Assembly: GCA_002633005.1 (NCBI GenBank)
Contig: NMRA01000059.1
Span: 1,079,133-1,143,132 of the forward strand
DNA length: 64,000 nt
Direction: 5' to 3'
DNA from: Phoronis australis
Lineage: Eukaryota; Animalia; Phoronida
The notes beneath the pieces were generated by a model that worked only from the letters and a program-made list of their open reading frames with translations, did no database searches and was not told where the DNA came from. The translations under genes were made by a program, and so were the position numbers. Shown one piece after another: positions 1 to 10,778 of this stretch (position 1 is the first letter of the stretch; every line of letters begins with the position of its first letter).

Positions 1-997
1 AAAGGCCAATATCTTCCTGAGAATGCTCAAGATTTCGCTGCTGTTGACTACCAAAATGGCTGCCGCTGAAGTTCTTGTTGAATTATGGGAAAATTCTCAG
101 TTTCTGTTCCACAAGCGAAGATTTCTTATCACAAGTGTGTCGCCAGTGTCCTGAGTTACACAATGTATCCTAGATGGTTGATAGGGCCTAATGTTGTAAA
201 ATCTTGTCTGCTTTCAATTCCAAACATTTGAAAAGGAATAAAAAAAGTTAAAGAACTTTTAGGGTTCGGCAACTTTTAATTGCTTTACATATATGCATAC
301 CTTTAGCTCTTATTGTGAATACACTTTTTACACACAGCATTAAACATGTCTTTTTGTTGACAGTTATTTCATTGTACCTTGGTCAAGACTGCTTTGTGAA
401 CAACAGTTACTCATTTTCCATTGTTTTGTTTTGCTTAAAATATGTTTCAAGCTGCTTTGAGTCTGTTTCATGACAGTAATTTAAAATTCAAAACAGAAGT
501 TTGGTGTTAAGCTCTCACTTCACAACTGCTGAATGAAGGTTTAGTAATTATGAGCACATTATAGTCTTTAGTAATTATGAGCGCATCAAAGTCTGAAACT
601 AATTTATAGAAATTATCTCAGCAACGTGCAGTTATGTGTATATTCTTGGTGACTGCACTTTTGCATAGGTGAGATTTTAATTATTTTACAGTAGTTATGT
701 GGAGCTCAAGACTGAATTTCTTAAGTCATGGAACAGACCCCTGAAGTGACCTCAGTTAAATGGTAGTGTGTCGCACAGTGCAGTAAACATTTTGAGGGAT
801 GTGTGACAATATTCTCTCGTTACTCGTTGTGTGTAATAGGCTAGGGCCAAGTTAGCAGTCCTACCCCGTGGTTTATCCATGTGCGACTGACTAACTTCAT
901 TGCAGCATTTATGATCTCCTAATAACCTGGTCTTCTGTTTGATTACAGTAATTCTCTACTTATTTTGCTAAAAATAATTGTCAAAATCATCATTTTT

Positions 998-1329
998 GTG
1001 CATATTGCCGTCATCTCTGTCTGGGTATCCACACCTGTATCTCCTAAACCCCTCACAGGATCTTGATGAGATTTGTCAGGGTGCATATTGCCGTCATCTC
1101 TGTCTGGGTATCCACACCTGTATCTCCTAAACCCCTCACAGGATCTTGATGAGATTTGTCAGGGTGCATATCGCCGTCATCTCTGTCTGGGTATCCACAC
1201 CTGTATCTCCTAAACCCTTCACAGGATCTTGATGAGATTTGGCAAGGTTCATATTGCCGTCATCTCTGTCTGGGTATCCATACCTGTATCTCCTAAACCC
1301 TTCACAGGATCTTGATGAGATTTGACAGA
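998..1329. repeat. 83-bp tandem repeat, 4 copies
   Basis: Unit gtgcatattgccgtcatctctgtctgggtatccacacctgtatctcctaaacccctcacaggatcttgatgagatttgtcagg at 998, 1081, 1164 and ~1247. Confidence 0.95.
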
Positions 1330-2700
1330 TGTGTTCTTATGAAGCTGAGGATGGATGGTAACAAATTTCAAACGTCTTCTTTGACTACTGGTGTGCCCCC
1401 TTAAGTGGCAATTTATTTTTTTGCTTTTGCCTCCGTATCTTTGAAGGCCTTCAACAGATTTTCATAAAATTTAGCTGTTAGGTATCTGTTAGTGAGATGA
1501 TGCTATCCTCTCGTTTTTGGATGGCCCGGGTTCAAGGTACTTTGCGCCACCTGGTAGCCATTTGTACTGTTTTCGCGTCTGCTTTTGGCATCTGCCTCTC
1601 TATCAACCAAGAATGATTGTGAAAATTGGCATATACGTTCATTGTGTGAAGAGGGCAATTGATGATGATTGTCCGATGACTTCATACACTGTGGCGCTTC
1701 CTAGTGGCAGTTATTTTTTGTGCCCATAGCCTCCTAGTGGCATCTTCATTTTTTCCTCGGTTTCTCAGAAGTTCTTTCATGGATTTCTATGAAATTTTGT
1801 AAATAGCTTTGATGTCATATACCAGTTTTTGGATGGATTCAACATATTTTGCACCATCTAGTGGCCATTTTTATGATACAAATAAACACCCCTAGAAGCA
1901 CACTGTTTGCAGTGCATTTGTAGGTGCATTTCAATGCTCCGCGTTGCTCTTGTTCCATTTTTACAAAGGCCAGTTACCTTTTTTGCAAATATTGGAAAAT
2001 TTAACAAATCCGTGTTTCTAAATGACTAAAATGCTCTTAATTTTTGCTTTTACTTAGAAGTTTTTTATCTAATTTCACTTGACGACGATGTTGTGTGCTA
2101 AGTGAGCAAATAATTACCGCATTGCCCATGTTTAAACTCATGTAGGAAAACTGCATTTATTGACTAGACAGCTGATAAAGCATGTTGAAACTCACACAGA
2201 CAAATTACTGCCAAGACACACCCAATGCACAAAACTCTAAATGTGTTACTGTGCTGACAACAATGACATCTATTGGCTGAATAAGTTTACTGAATACAAC
2301 ATGTGTTGTCATACATGATGTAAATCAAACCTTACCCTCCCTGGCTGTGTTACTTTGCTGAAATAAATGGTGACGTTTTCGAAATCAGATACTTCTAGTT
2401 TTGAATTAATCACCAGATTATGAATTGCTTGTGCTTTTTCATGGGATTCAAAATTAAGAAAGGAATCACATTAGCTTAAAGTTAAGATCACTTATAAAAG
2501 CTGTCAGTAGATATTTAGAGTACATGTTTTGATAACGGACAATGGTCTGCACTGAATGCTCAACACCAAAAATAGTGAAATGTATTGCAATATCTCCTCG
2601 TCGAGGATGGCCATTGAACAAGGGAAAGTTGTGTGATTGTTATTCAGTCGCGGGATTGTTCCATAGCCATTACACCCCTATTTTGATTGTATGGATTTAT

Positions 2701-2790
2701 ATCAGTCTGATGATAAATGATCATTATTCTGATGATATATGATCATCAGTCTGATGACATATGATCATCAGTCTGATGATATATGATCAT
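2701..2790. repeat. 22-bp tandem repeat, ~4 copies
   Basis: atcagtctgatgatatatgatc repeated with variants. Confidence 0.8.
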
Positions 2791-3206
2791 CTTTCGTCAG
2801 TCATTCATGGAAACCCTCTTTTGATCATTTCTCTTTTGCTGCAGTCATAATAAACTTTTGCGACTGCTGATAAACCTTGCGTGAATATTTTATCAACTGT
2901 TAATTTGAATTCTTACCAGCCATTTATGTCATGCCATGTGAATTGATAGAAGTGGTTGATATGAATTAATACATCGCTTAAAATCTTGATTAATTATGAT
3001 CAACCTTGATTGCTTTGATTTGTAGAATTGGCTCTTAATTGAGAGTAGCATTGTCTATGATAATCGTTGATTATCTACCCCTAGAGTTAACCCTCAGACT
3101 AACAACGCAAAATGTGTGGTGTATTTTGTTTGAGTTGGAATAGAAATATGAACAATCTAGTCGTCAAACAAACTTGCATTCAGTTTCACTATTTCTGTTC
3201 CGTTAG

Positions 3207-3321
3207 GTCGTAACAAAGAGGGCGCTCCGTACAGATCTCCGCACCCCAGTACAGGAGGTACTGAAACAACAGATGATTTAGATTTAGAGTTTGACGACGG
3301 CTACAGTCAGCGACCTTTCCA
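3207..3321 (+). CDS. KCNQ1: KCNQ1 internal coding exon (linker between helices A and B; equivalent of human exon 11)
   Basis: Acceptor ttctgttccgttag|, donor |gtgagt. Open frame xRNKEGAPYRSPHPSTGGTETTDDLDLEFDDGYSQRPF; the final CA joins the A at 4023 to make Gln, in frame with the next exon. Phase 1 start and phase 2 end match human exon 11 as recalled. Confidence 0.8.
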
Positions 3322-3824
3322 GTGAGTTGCCCGGCAACTGCTAGGCCAGGGGGTCTTCAGAAAAAATGGGTACAGGGGGTGCCTCCATAAGTTAGGTTTT
3401 TACTTATTGAGTGGTATGTGAAGATGGTTATTCAGTGTCAGCACAGACTATGATCAGGTTTGCTTTAGTTGCAGTGTATTGTTCGTATAAAGGTCTCGTC
3501 ACATTTGCAGTTAGGGGATTATGAACATCTTACCTGCAATCATGAATTCTAAAACTTTTGAAAAAATAGGGGCCCTGGTGTTCATTACGTGGTGTTATGC
3601 CAGACATTGGTCAGTCAATATTATTATATTATTTAAAATTTAGCCTAACTTATTCAATGCTGTGGTGTTTTTTTGGCCGAGTCAGTAAAACTGGAATTCT
3701 GTACAATATTATAATCACTGGCCATGCCTGTACACTGGCATTGTCCGAGTCCAGAAATGAATGTACCCAGGGGAGCACCTAGTGATATAGTTGATTATTC
3801 TTGCGTATTTCATAGATGGAGCCT

Positions 3825-3995
3825 TCATGTGTGTTCTGAAGGTAGATGTGTTGTGTGCTCAGGAGGCAGATGTGTTGTGTGCTCTGGAGGCAGATGTGTT
3901 GTGTGCTCTGGAGGCAGATGTTTTGTGTGCTCTAGAGGCAGATGTGTTGTGTGCTCTGAAGGTAGATGTGTTGTGTGCTGTGGAGGTAAACAGTG
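3825..3995. repeat. 24-bp minisatellite, ~7 copies
   Basis: agatgtgttgtgtgctctggaggc; produces the spurious CVVCSGGR peptide in ORF 3724..4281. Confidence 0.9.
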
Positions 3996-4022
3996 TAACA
4001 ATATTTGCCATTGTCATTGCAG

Positions 4023-4193
4023 ATTAACTGAGGCTCATAAAAGTGCAATTAGGGTGATACGCCGAATTAAATACTTTGTGGCACGAAGGAAGTTCCAACA
4101 GGCGCGCAAGCCGTATGATGTACGGGACGTGATAGAGCAGTACTCCCAGGGTCATCTAAATATGATGGTTAGGATAAAAGAATTGCAGCGCAG
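4023..4193 (+). CDS. KCNQ1: KCNQ1 coding exon, calmodulin-binding helix B and helix C
   Basis: ttgtcattgcag| ... |gttagt. Encodes (Q)[56 protein letters not shown](R), near-identical to human KCNQ1 [35 protein letters not shown]. The [16 protein letters not shown] form is KCNQ1-type rather than KCNQ2-5-type. Confidence 0.97.
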
Positions 4194-4450
4194 GTTAGTA
4201 TTGCTGGCTGTTAAAGGTACACGCATCAATATTTTGGGGCCAGAGTTGGTATGCGTTACTTTAACTTTCTGGTTAAGATAAAGAAGCTACAATTGTAAGT
4301 TAGTGGCTCTGGCTATTAAAGGGGTACATGTGTTGGGGTTTTGGGCGAGACTTGGTACATGGTACTTTAACTTGATGGATAGGATAAAGGAACTGCAGTC
4401 AACTTTTAGTGATACTCGCTGTTAAAGGTGCATGTCAGTGTTTTGTGGTT
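4163..4450 (+). repeat. Degenerate ~105-bp tandem repeat spanning a KCNQ1 exon end and splice donor
   Basis: tgatggttaggataaaagaattgcag...gttagtattgctggctgttaaagg recurs, diverged, at ~4268 and ~4373. Confidence 0.7.
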
Positions 4451-4922
4451 AGATTTACCATAAGGTAGTTAAGTGTATCTCAAAAAGTGAATGTTTCTTG
4501 TTTTATTGAACTAACCATTATAAAGCAGGTCTCAACTTGTCCGTTATAAAGCAGGTCTCAACTTGTCCCTTATTCTAATTAAAACTGACCATGCTCGGTA
4601 TTAAAAATGACCAGCTGGGTCAAGCTGTTGGCCTGATCTTGAGCAACCATCTGTTTTTCCTAAGATCACAGAATTGAGCTACCAACAAGTTGATGCCAAT
4701 GTTTACTGGTGATAGGTTAATAGTGCCATATTGACTGTTGTGTTCTGCTAAGAGTAGTTTTGAAAGTAGGATGAAAAAGACGTTTTATTATGTGCTTATT
4801 GAAACAATTTTACTGAAAGCAAAAAAAAATTTACAACTTGGACTTTTAATTGAGCCGCCATATAAGTTAATGTGGATGCAGTTTGTTTAGTCATTATTAT
4901 TATGATTACCATTGACTTTAAG

Positions 4923-5025
4923 GTTAGATCAAACGTTGGGGAAACCGGGTCTGTGGTATCCAGCGACAGAAAAAGAGCGACAGAAAATGACGATCGGTTC
5001 ACGGGTCACAAGGATAGAAGACAAG
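4923..5025 (+). CDS. KCNQ1: KCNQ1 coding exon, end of helix C to start of helix D
   Basis: ttgactttaag| ... |gtcagt. Encodes (R)LDQTLGKPGLWYPATEKERQKMTIGSRVTRIEDK versus human [37 protein letters not shown]. Phase 2 start, phase 0 end. This frame is not in the ORF track. Confidence 0.95.
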
Positions 5026-5554
5026 GTCAGTGCTGGGTTTTCGCTCCTGAGTTAGCAATCTGTTGTGTCTTGGTGGATAGGCCCCACAATGTTGGCTCTT
5101 AATGATACAAGAAAGTCGTAAATCTTTCTTGGATTTGACAGCTACTGGGAATTTTGGAAAGAGCCCCTTGTGGGTTCTCTCACAGAATGCTTTCAATAAC
5201 CTGTATTCCTGATCGCAACACCCTTATTCAGTCAAGGCTATAAATGCAAAGAATGTTTGACTTTGTCAGTTGCCAGGTTATTGTGAAAAATCCTGTGATG
5301 CCTCAGTTGTTAAGTAAAAACTTGCAACATTTTAACAGTTCTTTTAAATTGAAAAATACTGATTTACTGCCTACATTGTCCTTGTGTGCTGGACCTGCAA
5401 AACAGTCCTGAAAGTGCACCTTGTTTTCGTAAAAGCCATTGAATTTTTTGGTGAAGGCTCTACTAGAACTCCCACTACATGTTTTTCACTATTTGTCGAT
5501 TTTGTCAAGCTCCTGTGGCATCTAATGGCTAGAAAATTTAAACATGACTAGTCC

Positions 5555-5695
5555 CATATATACATATTATATATATATATATACAGTACATATAAATATA
5601 CATTTACATATACACATAAATAAGCATATACGGTACATATAAATATACATATAAATATGCATAACATATACATATATATTCACATACATATATAG
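5555..5695. repeat. (TA/TACA)n low-complexity tract
   Basis: atatatacatat-type repeats. Confidence 0.85.
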
Positions 5696-7248
5696 ACCAA
5701 TTACTGTAACTAAATTGACACCCATTTAGTTAGTAATTGGTCAAAATCAGTCTTCCATTCACAATGTGACTATTTATATAAGTTATATTTGTGAATGTTT
5801 GAATTTCTTCTTGAGCTTTGTTTTTGTAGTTGTAATGTTAATGTACTCTGTTGAAAGTGAGAGTTGTTTCTTGATACCTAATGCTATCTGATGTCCAAAC
5901 TATTCTCACCGTATGCAGCTTCCACCTGTTGTTCAACTTTGTAACTACATCAACACAGAGGCATTAATGTGCACTGCATTTGTCGGAAGTTGTTTTTCTA
6001 GTTTTGTTGGCATGGAGTCAATTTCTGCAGTATGTTTAGCTGTGTCAACCTGGCTATGATATGCCACTTAACCTAATTTTGTGGTGTTAGGCTATTAACG
6101 CCACTTACTAACCTTACTATCTAGGACATTGACGTGCTATACTGTGCTTTTTATTTGACATTTTACTCAACTAGTAGTAGAAAATGGAATGTGATTTGTT
6201 TAGCAGCAGTGCAAAGCCTTATTTGATGGACAACTTTGGGATTTTTTTAAGAGTCTTGTTTGCGTTGAAAATATGTAAAATGTGTCTTATATTTATTGAG
6301 CGCAAAAGAATTGGCGTGCAAATATGTTGTGAGGGTAAAAATTGTGTTTAATCGAAAATCCAAATGGTGCTGAAACAGTGCAGACAGTTATCTGTTCACT
6401 GGCCTTAAAAACTGATTTGCAAGGTATTTGCTATTTCAAGTACTATTTTCTGCCTCGTCTATTTTACATCAATTTTCCATCGACTAGAACTTCACCCAAA
6501 GCCCTACGCTTGCTTTCACAGAAAGACCATGCATTAAATTTCAGATTTCGTGCATTTTTTCACAGCTGCTTTGGTTCGGTTGTGTTGTCCCTGGGAAACC
6601 TTGTGAGAAATTTGTGAAGTGCTCTGCTAAACTCTTTAAGCATGTGTAGAATGTGTGTAAAACGTGTAATGTAGTGAGGGTGTAATTTGGTTGTTATGTT
6701 CTTGGCTTGATTAAGAGAAAACGCTTTGATTTTGCGCAAACTGAAGATATCTTGGGTTTAAAGTGAACCATTTCAAGTGAATTGTGACATTCACAGTATG
6801 TATCTTATCAAGTTTTGAGTACTTTTAGGATTGACCTCTTAACCTTTGACATCGTAGGACCAGCGTTCTTGTGTTTTTTGGGGGCTTGCATAGGCTGTGC
6901 TATCTCATGTTGGAAGTTGTGTTAGCTTCAAAGTTGTTGAGCATTCTCAAATTAAGAAGGAGTAGGCTCCCAGTTGATGTTAATTTGTAGAGACATGCAG
7001 CTGAGGATTGGAGACTTAACATTGAATTACTGTACTCATCAAGTTTGGTTAAGTACGTGTACTATTACTGTCTACTAGGTTACACGTAAAACACAAGGAA
7101 ACTAGATGACCTTCCTCATGTGTATCTGTGTTCACCTTCCCATATATATGTATATGTATATATATGTTACAGTGCATGAGACTAAGATGCAATGGTATGT
7201 AACCACTTAAAGTGAACCCTCGGAAAATTGTTAGGTATTTGTTTTTTA

Positions 7249-7316
7249 AATAATCGTTGATAGTTGCTTTAGATTGATATTAAAATATTAATCTAAAGCA
7301 ACTATCAACGATTATT
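7249..7316. repeat. Inverted repeat with perfect 27-bp arms
   Basis: aataatcgttgatagttgctttagatt - gatattaaaatatt - aatctaaagcaactatcaacgattatt. Confidence 0.9.
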
Positions 7317-7373
7317 CAGGCAGTCAGTGTAGTCTGACATATTCAGGCAGCCAGTGTAGTCTGACGTATTCAG

Positions 7374-7883
7374 CAGGGCTTGGAATTTTCCGCGGAAACG
7401 CGGATTTCCGCTTTTTTCAAATGTTCTTTCCGTGCATTTTATTATATTTCCGCGTAAAAAAATCGGATTTGATAGAAAATTTCCGCGGTAAATGTCTTTC
7501 TTACCGCCGCATTGCCGACAACTTTCACCTCGAAAAGCGGAAGTTGCTCTTTATGTTTCGGAGGAACGTAAATTGTCAACATTGCCGGGGCATCTACGAT
7601 AGCATGGTGGATTTCCTCAATGGTGGCATGGCGGCTCGTGTGACTGTAAACCGCGGTGACAAATACTAGGACTCTGTAGCCAAAAAATGTTTGGAGGTAG
7701 GAGTGGCAGACGAGCTAAGACAGACGCAGACGCATGCTTCCGGAGGTGGTACCGTTTTTTTTTTTTTTAGTCCTCGATTTTGGTCGGCAAAAGGTCCACA
7801 CTGACTTTTTCAAGGCTGGCTGCACGCATGTTTCGGGCCATAAAAATTTCCGCGCTTTTCGCCATTGGTCATTCCAAGCCCTG
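7374..7883. mobile_element. hAT-like MITE, copy 1 (510 bp)
   Basis: TIR cagggcttggaat...attccaagccctg, flanked by direct repeat attcag; no coding capacity. Confidence 0.9.
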
Positions 7884-8240
7884 ATTCAGGCAGTCAGTGT
7901 AGTCTGACATATTCAGGTAGTCAGTGTAGTCTGACATATTCAGGCAGTCAGTGTAGTCTGACGTATTCAGGCAGCCAGTGTAGTCTGACGTAGTCAGGCA
8001 GTCAGTGTAGTCTGACGTATTCAGGCAGCCAGTGTAGTCTGACGTATTCAGGCAGCCAGTGTAGTCTGACATATTCAGGCAGCCAGTGTAGTCTGACATA
8101 TTCAGGCAGCCAGTGTAGTCTGACATATTCAGGCAGCCAGTGTAGTCTGACATATTCAGGCAGCCAGTGTAGTCTGACGTATTCAGGCAGCCAGTGTAGT
8201 CTGACATATTCAGGCAGCCAGTGTAGTCTGACGTATTCAG

Positions 8241-8750
8241 CAGGGCTTGGAATTTTCCGCGGAAACGCGGATTTCCGCTTTTTTCAAATGTTCTTTCCGT
8301 GCATTTTATTATATTTCCGCGTAAAAAAATCGGATTTGATAGAAAATTTCCGCGGTAAATGTCTTTCTTACCGCCGCGTTGCCGACAACTTTCACCTCGA
8401 AAAGCGGAAGTTGCTCTTTATGTTTCGGAGGAACGTAAATTGTCAACATTGCCGGGGCATCTAGGATAGCATGGTGGATTTCCTCAATGGTGGCATGGCG
8501 GCTCGTGTGACTGTAAACCGCGGTGACAAATACTAGGACTCTGTAGCCAAAAAATGTTTGGAGGTAGGAGTGGCAGACGAGCTAAGACAGACGCAGACGC
8601 ATGCTTCCGGAGGTGGTACCGTTTTTTTTTTTTTTAGTCCTCGATTTTGGTCGGCAAAAGGTCCACACTGACTTTTTCAAGGCTGGCTGCACGCATGTTT
8701 CGGGCCATAAAAATTTCCGCGCTTTTCGCCATTGGTCATTCCAAGCCCTG
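8241..8750. mobile_element. hAT-like MITE, copy 2 (510 bp)
   Basis: Near-identical to copy 1, same TIRs and attcag flanks. Confidence 0.9.
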
Positions 8751-9296
8751 ATTCAGGCAGTCAGTGTAGTCTGACATATTCAGGTAGTCAGTGTAGTCTG
8801 ACATATTCAGGCAGTCAGTGTAGTCTGACGTATTCAGGCAGCCAGTGTAGTCTGACGTAGTCAGGCAGTCAGTGTAGTCTGACGTATTCAGGCAGCCAGT
8901 GTAGTCTGACGTATTCAGGCAGCCAGTGTAGTCTGACATATTCAGGCAGCCAGTGTAGTCTGACATATTCAGGCAGCCAGTGTAGTCTGACATATTCAGG
9001 CAGCCAGTGTAGTCTGACATATTCAGGCAGCCAGTGTAGTCTGACATATTCAGGCAGCCAGTGTAGTCTGACATATTCAGGCAGCCAGTGTAGTCTGACA
9101 TATTCAGGCAGCCAGTGTAGTCTGACGTATTCAGGCAGCCAGTGTAGTCTGACATATTCAGGCAGCCAGTGTAGTCTGACGTATTCAGGCAGCCAGTGTA
9201 GTCTGACATATTCAGGCAGCCAGTGTAGTCTGACGTATTCAGGAAGCCAGTGTAGTCTGACATATTCAGGCAGCCAGTGTAGTCTGACGTATTCAG

Positions 9297-9806
9297 CAGG
9301 GCTTGGAATTTTCCGCGGAAACGCGGATTTCCGCTTTTTTCAAATGTTCTTTCCGTGCATTTTATTATATTTCCGCGTAAAAAAATCGGATTTGATAGAA
9401 AATTTCCGCGGTAAATGTCTTTCTTACCGCCGCGTTGCCGACAACTTTCACCTCGAAAAGCGGAAGTTGCTCTTTATGTTTCGGAGGAACGTAAATTGTC
9501 AACATTGCCGGGGCATCTAGGATAGCATGGTGGATTTCCTCAATGGTGGCATGGCGGCTCGTGTGACTGTAAACCGCGGTGACAAATACTAGGACTCTGT
9601 AGCCAAAAAATGTTTGGAGGTAGGAGTGGCAGACGAGCTAAGACAGACGCAGACGCATGCTTCCGGAGGTGGTACCGTTTTTTTTTTTTTTAGCCCTCGA
9701 TTTTGGTCGGCAAAAGGTCCACACTGACTTTTTCAAGGCTGGCTGCACGCATGTTTCGGGCCATAAAAATTTCCGCGCTTTTCGCCATTGGTCATTCCAA
9801 GCCCTG
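9297..9806. mobile_element. hAT-like MITE, copy 3 (510 bp)
   Basis: Near-identical to copy 2, same TIRs and attcag flanks. Confidence 0.9.
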
Positions 9807-10336
9807 ATTCAGGCAGTCAGTGTAGTCTGACATATTCAGGTAGTCAGTGTAGTCTGACATATTCAGGCAGTCAGTGTAGTCTGACGTATTCAGGCAGCCA
9901 GTGTAGTCTGACGTAGTCAGGCAGTCAGTGTAGTCTGACGTATTCAGGCAGCCAGTGTAGTCTGACATATTCAGGCAGCCAGTGTAGTCTGACATATTCA
10001 GGCAGCCAGTGTAGTCTGACATATTCAGGCAGCCAGTGTAGTCTGACATATTCAGGCAGCCAGTGTAGTCTGACATATTCATGTGTTGGTTTCTATGCGG
10101 GGATTAGGTCACAATATCTTTAGGTCAGATGTTCTGTTTGGATTGATTGGGGCTGATGTATCGTGAAGTTTTTTGAAATAAGAAAAGCGTATCGTAACGC
10201 AAGATGATTGACTTCCACATAAGAAAAGGTTCTGTAACTTAAGGAGCTTGAATGAAATTAAAATGTGCCTCAATTTAGAGAAATGGTTGTGCTATAATAT
10301 CTGGGATAACATATATTTCATACATGTCTTATTCCA

Positions 10337-10778
10337 CAAGGCTTGGAATTTTCCGCGGAAACGCTTTTTGAAATGTTCTGTCCGCGTATTTTATTATATT
10401 TCCGCGTAAAAAATCGGATTTGATATAAAATTTCCTTGGCAAATTTCTTTCTTACTGCGGCGTTGCTGACGACTTTCACCTCGAAAAGCGGAAGTTGCTC
10501 TTTATGTTTCGAAGGAACGTAAATTGTCAACATTGCCGGTGCATCTGGGATAGCGTGGTGGATTTCTTCAATGACGACTCGTGTGATTGTAAACCACAGT
10601 GACAAATACTGCGGCTCTGCAGCCAAAAATGTGTGGAGGTGGGAGTGGCGGACGAGCTAAAAAGTCCTCCCGATTTTTGTCGGCAAAAGGTCCACATCGA
10701 CTATTTCAAGGCCGGGTGCGCGCATGTTTTGGGCCATAAAAAATTCCGCTTTTTTGTCATTGGTCATTCCAAGCCCCG
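10337..10778. mobile_element. Diverged, internally deleted copy of the same MITE (independent insertion)
   Basis: caaggcttggaat...attccaagccccg, flanked by direct repeat attcca at 10331-10336 and 10779-10784. Confidence 0.85.

Larger units (their letters stand above)
7313..10080. repeat. 27-bp minisatellite array interrupted by three MITE copies (higher-order repeat)
   Basis: Unit tattcaggcagccagtgtagtctgaca/g; source of the spurious MSDYTGCLN ORFs. Confidence 0.97.

Noticed and set aside
3724-4022. Cys-rich, metallothionein-like N-terminus of ORF 3724..4281
   Set aside because: Intronic 24-bp minisatellite read in frame; the real exon starts at the acceptor at 4023.
7313-10080. CRISPR-like repeat/spacer appearance
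   Set aside because: Eukaryotic intron; repeats are contiguous, the interrupting segments are identical MITE copies, and there are no cas genes.
7869-10082. ORFs with MSDYTGCLN repeats
   Set aside because: Translations of a 27-bp minisatellite inside a KCNQ1 intron; no splice or promoter context.
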